Positions 1 to 7,959 of a DNA stretch of 37,456 nucleotides are shown here, one piece after another. Positions within the stretch are counted from its first letter, which is position 1. Each line of letters opens with the position of its first letter. The stretch comes from a virus (lineage: Duplodnaviria; Caudoviricetes): the IMG/VR virus record IMGVR_UViG_3300033417_000032, positions 1-37,456 of that record; one strand, given 5' to 3'. The notes beneath the pieces were generated by a model, which was given only the letters and a program-made list of their open reading frames with translations, made no database searches and was not told where the DNA came from. The translations under genes and the position numbers were made by a program.

Positions 1-523
1 CCCTGACGGGCAGATCATTGACGGGCACCTGAGAGTTAAGGCGGCAAAATTCCTGAAGCTGAAAGAGGTTCCGGTGGCCGTAAACGGGCATTGGACACCA
101 CAGCAGATCAAGGCATTCAGGATATCGGTCAACAAGACGGCCGAGTGGGCAGAATGGGATAACGAACTCCTGAAGCTGGAGTTAGAGGAACTGGAGCAGG
201 ATCACTTTGACCTGCTGTCGACCGGTTTCAATGCCACCGAGATTAACAAGATCATGGACTCCCTGAGTTTTGACGGGGGTGACGGCGCGGGGGGTGAAAA
301 CCCAGATGCCGCCTTTGATGGGGAAGATACAAGCCACGTCAAAATGATCCAGTTGTTTTATGACGAAGAGACAGAGGCCAATTTCCGGGGGATGGTGCAG
401 TGGCTGGACGCAAGATTCAGCACTGGGAACATCTCAGATACAGTATTCAGTGCGCTTCAAAAATGCGTAGCGATTCTGGAGTCACAAGATGCAGGAAAGG
501 CCGGAGTCAAAGCCGAAGGTTAA
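1..523 (+). CDS. ParB N-terminal (ParBc/Srx-like) domain protein, 3' part; the 5' part is at 37319-37456
   Basis: The frame is open from nt 2: PDGQIIDGHLRVKAAKFLKLKEVPV...AFRISVNKTAEWAEWDNELL. This has the ParB box GHxR and the 'N+..E.A.WD.ELL' signature of phage ParB-like proteins, then an acidic linker and a short beta-alpha-alpha C-terminus. Confidence 0.88.
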   Translation, partial: PDGQIIDGHLRVKAAKFLKLKEVPVAVNGHWTPQQIKAFRISVNKTAEWAEWDNELLKLELEELEQDHFDLLSTGFNATEINKIMDSLSFDGGDGAGGENPDAAFDGEDTSHVKMIQLFYDEETEANFRGMVQWLDARFSTGNISDTVFSALQKCVAILESQDAGKAGVKAEG

Positions 524-1319
524 AACCATTTACGTTAAACCCGTGATGTCGAAGGAAAAGGCCCTTTCGATGATCGGAACTTTTTACCCTGAACACACAA
601 TACAGCAGTTGGTAACGGAAGATGCTGACGTCTTTAACGAGGAGGATGGTCAGCCTTTGATAGTCTTCCGAAAGCAAATAGTCGGCAAAGAACTGGCTAA
701 AAAAGCGTGGGAATCCCTCCGGGTGGCGGCAACCCTGAGCGAGAACCGTGGTAATGCAGCTGATGGGAGTAGCGGTTACGTCAGAAACAAGACGCGCCGC
801 TATAAACCCGTCCACAGTGGAATTATTGGGTATTACGACCGTTATATTCGGATCCCATATTGCCGGCAGACCGCATTCAATGAGAAGCAGCTTGATAAAT
901 TTAAAGCGGCATATCCATACATCAAGATGATAAACGACCTTTTTAAGACGACTGTGACAGAGAGGTATAAAAACCAGCTCGAAATAATACAGAATACGCA
1001 CCCTGACTTTTATATCCATGACACCGTTTTCACAACGGTTACTGTAAACAAAAACTACAGGACGGCACTTCATGTCGATAAGGGAGACTTCAAAAACGGA
1101 TTTGGAAATCTGGGCGTGCTCTCTGCTGGAAGGTACAAAGGAGCCTTCACTTGTATGCCGAGGTTTGCTATTGGCGTTGATGTTCGCAGTCGTGATATTG
1201 CCTGTTTTGATGTTCATGAAGTCCACGGTAACACTGAATTTGTCGGGTCGAGATTCGAGCGCATCTCTGTTGTCTGCTATTACAGAGAAAATATGTACAA
1301 GTGTGGAAGTGCATCCTAA
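489..1319 (+). CDS. TET/JBP-family 2-oxoglutarate/Fe(II) dioxygenase (5-methylpyrimidine hydroxylase)
   Basis: FTTVTVNKNYRTALHVDKGD (HxD), FDVHEVHGNT (distal His) and ERISVVCYYRENM (2OG-binding Arg) match the TET/JBP double-stranded beta-helix. The gene sits between ParB and a glycosyltransferase. Confidence 0.88.
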   Translation: MQERPESKPKVKTIYVKPVMSKEKALSMIGTFYPEHTIQQLVTEDADVFNEEDGQPLIVFRKQIVGKELAKKAWESLRVAATLSENRGNAADGSSGYVRNKTRRYKPVHSGIIGYYDRYIRIPYCRQTAFNEKQLDKFKAAYPYIKMINDLFKTTVTERYKNQLEIIQNTHPDFYIHDTVFTTVTVNKNYRTALHVDKGDFKNGFGNLGVLSAGRYKGAFTCMPRFAIGVDVRSRDIACFDVHEVHGNTEFVGSRFERISVVCYYRENMYKCGSAS

Positions 1320-1366
1320 GAACTGGCACGAGCTAAAAACCGCAAGCGAGGGGAGAGTCTTTACTG

Positions 1367-1606
1367 ATGACGGTGTGGGTAGATGTTAAAAATTGGCTTC
1401 CAGAGCCATATGAGGACGTATTAGTCAGGGTAAAAAGCAAAACTGGGGACGGTTATGATGTCAGGGTTGTTGTCGGTTACTACACTGATGAATTTGAAGG
1501 CGCTGATGAACAGTGGCACCTGCTTGTTCCTGACGGCGAGGAACTCAGCTCAATGTATTTAAAAAACGTCACTCATTGGACATTACTCCCGAGCGGAAAA
1601 ATATGA
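1367..1606 (+). CDS. DUF551-like small phage protein
   Basis: W(V)DVKNWLPE...VTHWTLLP pattern; ATGA overlap with the next gene. Confidence 0.7.
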   Translation: MTVWVDVKNWLPEPYEDVLVRVKSKTGDGYDVRVVVGYYTDEFEGADEQWHLLVPDGEELSSMYLKNVTHWTLLPSGKI

Positions 1607-2349
1607 TCTATCCCATTTTCATTCCAAGCAAAGGCCGACCGAATGGAAAGACATTCAAAATCCTCAAAGCTGAAAACATTCATTCTCGAATCGTGCTTGA
1701 ACCGAATGATATTGAGGCTTACAAAGCAAATCATGGAGGAGAAGCAAGCTATTGCTCGCTGCATGAGCGTGACAATGGCATTGCGTTTGCGCGGAACTTC
1801 ATCCTCAAGACCGCTCAGTCCGAAGGAATTGAATGGTTCTGGTCACTCGATGATGACATTGACGGTTTTACTGAAACGGGACTCGACGGTAAGCCCAAGA
1901 AGATTGCGGCTCGCGAGGCTCTTGAAAAGGCGCAGGATATTATCACAGCAGTTAAGGCGGCTCAGGGGGCAATCAGTTACAGCCAATTCACTCTAAACAA
2001 AAAGAAGCCATACAGAATGAACCGCAGGTGCCTGATTGCCACCCTGAACCATGTTCCCTCTCTTGAAGGCGTCTGGTATGACCCGAAATGCACGCTCAAA
2101 GAGGACATTGATTTCAGCCTACAGATCATGACATCAGGCAGAAAGACCGTCCTGTGCGAGCAGTTGGGCTTCCGGGTTCCGGTTTATGGAACCACAAAGG
2201 GCGGCTGTCATTCACTTTACCAGCTCCCGAATATCGAAAAGCAGATGTCACAGTACCTGATGGAAAAATGGGGTCGCGGGCTGGTAACGGCTTACCTCAA
2301 AGATTCCAACCGCTATGACGTCAAGATAAACTGGAAGAAATTCGACTGA
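1603..2349 (+). CDS. TET-associated (TAGT/GREB1-like) GT-A fold glycosyltransferase
   Basis: YPIFIPSKGR N-terminus, WFWSLDDDI (DxD) and KEDIDFSLQ motifs. ATG 1603 overlaps the upstream stop (ATGA). Confidence 0.82.
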   Translation: MIYPIFIPSKGRPNGKTFKILKAENIHSRIVLEPNDIEAYKANHGGEASYCSLHERDNGIAFARNFILKTAQSEGIEWFWSLDDDIDGFTETGLDGKPKKIAAREALEKAQDIITAVKAAQGAISYSQFTLNKKKPYRMNRRCLIATLNHVPSLEGVWYDPKCTLKEDIDFSLQIMTSGRKTVLCEQLGFRVPVYGTTKGGCHSLYQLPNIEKQMSQYLMEKWGRGLVTAYLKDSNRYDVKINWKKFD

Positions 2350-2365
2350 TGTTCCACGTGAAACA
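2350..2365. promoter_or_regulatory. parS site 1 (TGTTCCACGTGAAACA)
   Basis: Exact match to the bacterial chromosomal parS consensus TGTTNCACGTGAAACA, directly after the glycosyltransferase stop codon. Confidence 0.85.
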
Positions 2366-2379
2366 TTATGGAGATTTGA

Positions 2380-2754
2380 ATGGCTCATACGGAAGTGAAG
2401 ATAGACCTCCCTTGGCCTCCTTCCGTTAATAAGATTTGGTCTGTCTCATCAACCGGGCAGTGGTATTCCACCCCTCAGGCCAAGGAATTCAAGCAGGTGG
2501 CGATCTATTACGCACGATCAAAGGGGTTCAAGTTTGCCTTCCCCAAAGACGTACACCTTGATTTCCACATGCTTGCCTACCCCCCTGACAACCGGAAGCG
2601 CGACCTAGACAACCTTGCCAAAGTCGTCTGTGATGCGCTTCAGGACGCAAGGGTGTACGTTAATGACTCACAGATAAAGCGTATCCACATGGAAATGCTG
2701 GAAGTCAGGAAAGGTGGGATGATAACCGTGACGGTTAAACGAATTGAACCCTGA
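2380..2754 (+). CDS. rusA: RusA-family Holliday junction resolvase
   Basis: LPWPPSVN, PPDNRKRDLDNLAKVVCDALQ and NDSQI motifs. Confidence 0.92.
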   Translation: MAHTEVKIDLPWPPSVNKIWSVSSTGQWYSTPQAKEFKQVAIYYARSKGFKFAFPKDVHLDFHMLAYPPDNRKRDLDNLAKVVCDALQDARVYVNDSQIKRIHMEMLEVRKGGMITVTVKRIEP

Positions 2755-2756
2755 TA

Positions 2757-2772
2757 TGTTTCACGTGAAACA
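2757..2772. promoter_or_regulatory. parS site 2 (perfect palindrome TGTTTCACGTGAAACA)
   Basis: Perfect 16-bp parS palindrome (18 bp with the flanking A/T), intergenic. Confidence 0.88.
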
Positions 2773-2791
2773 TTCTCAGGAACGGACTTGA

Positions 2792-2807
2792 TGTTTCACG
2801 TGAAACA
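2792..2807. promoter_or_regulatory. parS site 3 (perfect palindrome TGTTTCACGTGAAACA)
   Basis: Second perfect copy, starting 35 bp after site 2 and upstream of the endolysin RBS. Confidence 0.88.
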
Positions 2808-2827
2808 TTCAAAAGGAGGGGTTCCAG

Positions 2828-3412
2828 ATGGCAGATTTTGATAAAGCAATCCTGACCATCCTAAGGCATGAAGGAAAACTGTCAAATGACGCCAATGACC
2901 CCGGCGGAATCACCAATTTCGGGATCAGTTTGCGTTTTTTAATGCAAACTGGCGATTTAGACCTCGATGGCTGGCGTGACGGCGACATAAACCATGATAA
3001 GGAGGTGAATGCAAAGGACGTGCGGTCAATGACCCAAAAACAGGCTATCGCGCTGTATCACGATTATTTCTGGAATAAAAACGCATACGCAAAGATAGGC
3101 GACCAATTCTGTGCCACTAAGATATTCGACCTGTCAGTCAATATGGGGTCGTATGCCGCGAACAGGGTCGCCCAGCACGCCGTCCGCTCGGCAATAGGGT
3201 TGGTTATCTCAGACGACGGCATTATCGGGAACAAATCACTGACCGCTCTGAATATGTGCCACCCATCTGTACTGATGGCGGCATTGAAGTCAGAGGCAGC
3301 GGGATATTACCGATCAATCCGGTACCGGGGGTCACAGGATTTTCTGAAAGGATGGTTAAACAGGGCTTACGATGATTGTGCAGAACAAGGGGAAACGGAT
3401 GAATCTTTCTGA
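2828..3412 (+). CDS. Endolysin, glycoside hydrolase family 108 with C-terminal peptidoglycan-binding region
   Basis: HEGKLSNDANDPGGITNFGIS, DGIIGNKSL and FLKGWLNR motifs; strong RBS AAGGAGG. Confidence 0.9.
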   Translation: MADFDKAILTILRHEGKLSNDANDPGGITNFGISLRFLMQTGDLDLDGWRDGDINHDKEVNAKDVRSMTQKQAIALYHDYFWNKNAYAKIGDQFCATKIFDLSVNMGSYAANRVAQHAVRSAIGLVISDDGIIGNKSLTALNMCHPSVLMAALKSEAAGYYRSIRYRGSQDFLKGWLNRAYDDCAEQGETDESF

Positions 3413-3908
3413 GTTAGGCAAGCTGGTTGTTTCATATGGTGCCCCGCTGCTTGGGGCTGTTGTGGCTGGCCCATCCGGCGCCGGACTCGGTAAAGTGATT
3501 GCGAATGAATTTGGAGGGAGCATTGCGGACGACATATCCCTCACAGATTTGGTTAATAAATTGAACAAGAATCCCGACACGAGGGCAAAGTTAGAGCAAA
3601 TTGAATCAGACCATAAGCTCGAACTCCAGAAAATCATTATTCAGGAATCAACGAAAAACACGGTGGACGCCAGAAGGTTCACAGAGGCAACAAAAACCAT
3701 CTTTCCTCAGATACTGAGCGCGATAATCGTTTTCGGGTTCTTCGTCTGTATATATTGGATTGCCGCCTTCAAACAGGATGCTGACGACCACGAAGCTCTA
3801 TACCTTCTCTTTGGTGTCGTTGGCACATCTTTTGCCCATGTAGTAAACTTTTGGCTTGGATCATCATTTAACCAATCACCTAAATACTCACCAAAGGAAA
3901 TATCATGA
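3399..3908 (+). CDS. Putative holin / lysis membrane protein
   Basis: Follows the endolysin; APLLGAVVAGP N-terminus, two C-terminal TM segments and the VVNFWLGSS motif seen in 3TM-holin-like proteins. Confidence 0.65.
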   Translation: MNLSELGKLVVSYGAPLLGAVVAGPSGAGLGKVIANEFGGSIADDISLTDLVNKLNKNPDTRAKLEQIESDHKLELQKIIIQESTKNTVDARRFTEATKTIFPQILSAIIVFGFFVCIYWIAAFKQDADDHEALYLLFGVVGTSFAHVVNFWLGSSFNQSPKYSPKEIS

Positions 3909-4186
3909 CTGAAGAAACACAGATTCCCGCATATGACTTTGAGAATGACAACAGCATTTCTGACAAGCGGAAAGAAGCCTGCCGTCTGACTTACTTAGAG
4001 ATGGAACTCAAACATATTGATAAAATATTTACCAGCGCGTACAAATACGACAAGACGACTGGCGAACCAGCATTCAAAAAACCAAAAAGCGTTCATGAAC
4101 TGATTTTCTTCCTGCTTCAGTCAAGCAAAGCGCTCACAGAAGAAATCAACGATCTGAAGGTAAGAATCGAAGCACTTGGCGGTTAA
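3905..4186 (+). CDS. Hypothetical protein with C-terminal coiled coil
   Basis: ATGA-coupled ORF of 93 aa. Confidence 0.6.
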   Translation: MTEETQIPAYDFENDNSISDKRKEACRLTYLEMELKHIDKIFTSAYKYDKTTGEPAFKKPKSVHELIFFLLQSSKALTEEINDLKVRIEALGG

Positions 4187-4206
4187 TCACAGGGAGGGAT
4201 GCAAAT

Positions 4207-4686
4207 ATGGTTTCGGAAAAGAAAGCATCTCTCAACGGAGAGTCAGCAGCGAAGGTAAAGAAGCCAAGAAAGAAAGAATCAAGGCCAAGGGGTTTGCCTT
4301 TCGATGATAAGGAATTGAGGCAGGTCGAAAAACTCGCTGGACTTGGATTCTCAACAGATCAGATCGCTGATTTTCTGGAAATAAGCCGTTCAGGTTTTTA
4401 TCTCAGAAAGACAGAAGGTTCTGAACTTGAGAAATCATTTCTTAAAGGGAAGGCAAATGGCGCGGTGTATGCCATGTCAAAACTTTTTGAATTGATCGGA
4501 GAGAAGAACGTATCAGCGATCATATTCTACTTAAAGACACAGTGCCAATGGAAAGCACCGAATTTTATTGAACACACAGGAAAGGACGGAGAACCTATTG
4601 CCATTGAGTCAGAGAAGAAAGTTGACGCAAGGGAATTACTCAGGAATGTCCTTGATAAAATAGTCTCACCAACTAAGGAATTGTAA
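4207..4686 (+). CDS. terS: Terminase small subunit
   Basis: HTH (QIADFLEISRSGFY), AIIFYLKTQCQW and the EHTGKDGEPI tail typical of TerS. Confidence 0.78.
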   Translation: MVSEKKASLNGESAAKVKKPRKKESRPRGLPFDDKELRQVEKLAGLGFSTDQIADFLEISRSGFYLRKTEGSELEKSFLKGKANGAVYAMSKLFELIGEKNVSAIIFYLKTQCQWKAPNFIEHTGKDGEPIAIESEKKVDARELLRNVLDKIVSPTKEL

Positions 4687-4688
4687 AC

Positions 4689-5030
4689 ATGACCAGATAC
4701 CTCGGAAATCTAACTTTAAATTTTGTAACGATTGCACAAAGCGGAACGACTTCCGGGGCTATTGACCTGCAAGGACTTGTGCTTTGTCAGATTATTTTAC
4801 CAGCAGCTTTTACTGGAACTGGCATCACATTCTCCAGCAGTTGGGATGATGTGACCTATCAGGTTCTTTATAACTCATCAAATGCAGCATTGAGTTTAAC
4901 TGTCACGCAAGGAAGAAATTACAACCTTGCGCCACAGGATTTTGCAGGATGTCGTTATCTTAAAGTTATCAGCGGATCATCAGAAGCCGCAGCAAGATCA
5001 GTCGGACTCATTACGAGGGAGGCACTCTAA
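4689..5030 (+). CDS. Hypothetical beta-rich (likely virion) protein
   Basis: Ser/Thr/Gly-rich, beta-strand-like composition; coupled to its neighbours. Confidence 0.6.
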   Translation: MTRYLGNLTLNFVTIAQSGTTSGAIDLQGLVLCQIILPAAFTGTGITFSSSWDDVTYQVLYNSSNAALSLTVTQGRNYNLAPQDFAGCRYLKVISGSSEAAARSVGLITREAL

Positions 5031-5602
5031 TGGGGTTAATCTTCTCTCTATTGGATCAGAACCTAGACCCTGGTTCTAATCCAAGTTTTAACACGGTCAT
5101 AAATACCGGTAACATTGGCACAATGAATACTGGAGTTACCGGTACTGAATACGGTGACGGTTATAACCACACAACAAAACTGACAATCAGCACAACACTT
5201 CCTGCTATTGCTGGTGGCGCAGCACTTGGAGTTGGAAAACTGATTTATACATTCCCTGCCGGCGCGATTGTTGTTGGTTCTTGTTATATGACGCTTGGAA
5301 TCACACAGACACAAGGAAATATTAATGCAGATACTCCTGCCGTAGGTATCGGAACAACAATTGCCAGTGGTGTTATATCAGTTTTAAGCGGAACAGCCGC
5401 ATTTGAAAATGTTATTCAAGGGAAAGTAGCTGCAAATTGTACTGGCACTGCAACAGTTAAAACCGATATTACGCAGCTGACTATTGACGCAGCAGACGAC
5501 CATACAGTGTATATAAATGCAGCCGCTACATGGGCAGCAAGTGGAGATGCAGCGGCAATTTTAACAGGAACAGTTGTATTAGACTGGCAGTTTCTCAATT
5601 AA
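5030..5602 (+). CDS. Hypothetical Thr/Gly/Ala-rich (likely virion) protein
   Basis: TAATG coupling; composition typical of decoration or fibre proteins. Confidence 0.6.
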   Translation: MGLIFSLLDQNLDPGSNPSFNTVINTGNIGTMNTGVTGTEYGDGYNHTTKLTISTTLPAIAGGAALGVGKLIYTFPAGAIVVGSCYMTLGITQTQGNINADTPAVGIGTTIASGVISVLSGTAAFENVIQGKVAANCTGTATVKTDITQLTIDAADDHTVYINAAATWAASGDAAAILTGTVVLDWQFLN

Positions 5603-5613
5603 GGAATTAAAAC

Positions 5614-6390
5614 ATGTCAAGCGGACTATCAAACAATATTTTAGGAGCATGGTATATAGACAGTGTGCGAGTAACACCGTCAGCTACAGAATTGAATTTG
5701 ATGGATGGGTTAACACTTGCTCCTATTAACAAAGTATCAGTGCGGATAATTACCAGCACGTCTACATACACACCAACAGCAGGGATGGTTTATTGCATTG
5801 TTGAGGGCGTTGGTGGTGGTGGTGGTGGCGGTGGCGCAGCCACTACTGCTGCTGCACAAGGCGCGGCAGGGTGCGGCGGTGGTGCAGGCGGTTATTTCAG
5901 AAAGCTATTTACCGCCGCTGAGATTGGTGCAGATGCCGCCGTTACAATTGGCGCAGCGGGCGCGGCAGGTGCTGCCGGTAACAATGCAGGCGGAAATGGT
6001 GGCGACACTATATTCAACCCTGCAGGAACAGGTGCAACGTTAACAGCTTCTGCTGGTTTGGGAGGTGCAGGCCAAGGCGCACAGACATCAATCAATACGA
6101 ATGATGGCGCGGGGGTTGGAGGCACTGCGACTAACGGCGATCTGAATATTCAAGGCAGTTATGGATTCAGGGGATGGACACAGGCAGCAACCGGAAATCA
6201 ATCTTCCGGTGGTGAAGGAGCAGATAGTAAATGGGGTGTTGGAGGACGCGCATCAACAAATATGGGAGGCGGTGCGGCCCAACAGAATGGTGCTGGCGGT
6301 GCAGGTGGCGCGACATATAACGGCACTCAAACTGCAGGAGGTGTAGGAACGATTGGCTTGGTCGTGGTTACAGAGTTTATTTCTTCATAG
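5614..6390 (+). CDS. Glycine-rich fibre/appendage-like protein
   Basis: TYTPTAGMVYCIVEGVGGGGGGGG...GGGAGGY...VTIGAAG...GLVVVTEF is the common glycine-rich fibre C-terminal module. Confidence 0.75.
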   Translation: MSSGLSNNILGAWYIDSVRVTPSATELNLMDGLTLAPINKVSVRIITSTSTYTPTAGMVYCIVEGVGGGGGGGGAATTAAAQGAAGCGGGAGGYFRKLFTAAEIGADAAVTIGAAGAAGAAGNNAGGNGGDTIFNPAGTGATLTASAGLGGAGQGAQTSINTNDGAGVGGTATNGDLNIQGSYGFRGWTQAATGNQSSGGEGADSKWGVGGRASTNMGGGAAQQNGAGGAGGATYNGTQTAGGVGTIGLVVVTEFISS

Positions 6391-6402
6391 CGCGTGAGAT
6401 AA

Positions 6403-7959
6403 ATGAACCTTCCGTCAACGATTGAAGAATATAAACAGGTCGCGGAACACATAGCAAACTCACCACCGGATGAGTGCTATTTACTGACTCGCGAGTTGAT
6501 CAGGCGCGACCTGTTTTTTCTGATGCGCTATGGAATAGGAAGAAAAGACATGGAGCATCCGTGGTTAATTGCAAGATGCAAGGAGGTTCAGAATGATCCA
6601 GACGACCATTTGGATTTATGGGCGCGTGAGCATTATAAATCAAGTATCATTACGTTTGGACTGACCATTCAGGATATCCTTGCAAGCCACGGTGATGATC
6701 CACTTGAGAAGTGGGAAGGAATAGAGCCGACATTTGCGATATTTAGCCACACAAGGCCAATATCCAAAGGATTCCTTAGTCAAATAAAAAGAGAGTTTGA
6801 GAGTAACCAGTTCTTAAAAAAATTCTTCCCTGATGTTGTGTGGGAAAATCCCGGTAAAGATTCTCCCCGCTGGTCTGAGGACGGCGGTTTGATTATGAAG
6901 CGCACGCGATCTAATCCAAAGGAAAGCACTGTAGAGGCTTGGGGTCTTGTTGAAGGACAGCCTACCAGTAAGCATTTTGACGTACAGATATACGACGACA
7001 TTATCACGTTAGAGTCTGTGCGTTCACCAGACATGCTTCGCAAAACGCTCGAATCATGGGAAATGTCTATTAACCTTGGTGCCGGCAAAGTAAGAAGGCG
7101 TCATATTGGAACCCGTTACCATTTTAATGACACCTACCGTGAGATCATGAAAAGGAAGGCAGCAATACCCCGCATTTATCCGGGAACAAAGGACGGTACT
7201 TTTGAAGGTGAGCCAGTCCTTAAAACAAAGCAGTGGATGATTGAGCGTTATAAATTGCTCGGTCAGTACACGTTCTCTACTCAGATTCTCCAGAACCCGA
7301 TTGCTGACTCAAAGCAGACACTGAAAAAAGATTGGATAAAATTCTACGAAGGCGATGTAAGCCATAATTGCAATAAATACCTGATTGTTGACCCAGCCTG
7401 TGAGAAAAAGAAATCAAGCGATTACACAGCAGCAATGGTCATTGGCGTTGGTTCTGACCAAAAATATAGACTGCTTGATGTCGTGCGGGATAAATTGAAT
7501 CTGTCAGAGCGCGGTAAGATGGTATTCAATTTGCACAGGAAATGGCAACCTCTCGGTGTTGGATATGAAAAATACGGAATGCAAGCTGATATTGAATACC
7601 TTAAAGAACTGATGAAACGTGAGAATTATTATTTTGAAATAACAGAACTCGGTGGAAACATACCGAAGATAGACAGAATCAGACGATTGATTCCTTCATT
7701 TGAACACGGAAGATGGTTATTCCCTGAATCGGTTTATCGGACAAATTATCAGGGAAAAACAGAAGACCTTATTGATATTTACATAAATGAGGAATTTCTG
7801 GCTTTCCCGGTTTCAGTGCACGATGACATGCTTGACTGTCAGGCAAGGATAGTCGACCCCGAATTGAATGTAATTTTTCCAAGGGCCAAACACAATGATG
7901 AAAACGACAGATATAAGCAACGAAAAGGGGTTAGCCATATCAGTCCGTGGGCAGTCTGA
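6403..7959 (+). CDS. terL: Terminase large subunit
   Basis: Deviant Walker A (WAREHYKSS), Walker B (QIYDDI), motif IGTRYHFND, and nuclease motifs IVDPA, SDYTA and HDDMLD. Confidence 0.93.
   Translation: MNLPSTIEEYKQVAEHIANSPPDECYLLTRELIRRDLFFLMRYGIGRKDMEHPWLIARCKEVQNDPDDHLDLWAREHYKSSIITFGLTIQDILASHGDDPLEKWEGIEPTFAIFSHTRPISKGFLSQIKREFESNQFLKKFFPDVVWENPGKDSPRWSEDGGLIMKRTRSNPKESTVEAWGLVEGQPTSKHFDVQIYDDIITLESVRSPDMLRKTLESWEMSINLGAGKVRRRHIGTRYHFNDTYREIMKRKAAIPRIYPGTKDGTFEGEPVLKTKQWMIERYKLLGQYTFSTQILQNPIADSKQTLKKDWIKFYEGDVSHNCNKYLIVDPACEKKKSSDYTAAMVIGVGSDQKYRLLDVVRDKLNLSERGKMVFNLHRKWQPLGVGYEKYGMQADIEYLKELMKRENYYFEITELGGNIPKIDRIRRLIPSFEHGRWLFPESVYRTNYQGKTEDLIDIYINEEFLAFPVSVHDDMLDCQARIVDPELNVIFPRAKHNDENDRYKQRKGVSHISPWAV

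Noticed and set aside
507-1226. Long antisense ORF (239 aa) opposite the dioxygenase, and similar shadow ORFs (28387-28860, 29350-29877, 18649-19116)
   Set aside because: They lie opposite well-supported genes and have no recognisable motifs.
1317-1319. Genome-wide stop-codon reassignment
   Set aside because: TAA, TAG and TGA all end genes normally elsewhere and long genes are uninterrupted; this is a single-site anomaly.
2350-2807. The three 16-bp repeats as a CRISPR array or terminators
   Set aside because: Too short, irregularly spaced, one gap contains rusA, no cas genes and no U-tracts; the parS consensus explains them.
5811-5836. (GGT)n run as a contingency microsatellite or DGR target
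   Set aside because: It encodes the poly-Gly motif typical of this fibre domain; no reverse transcriptase or template repeat is present.
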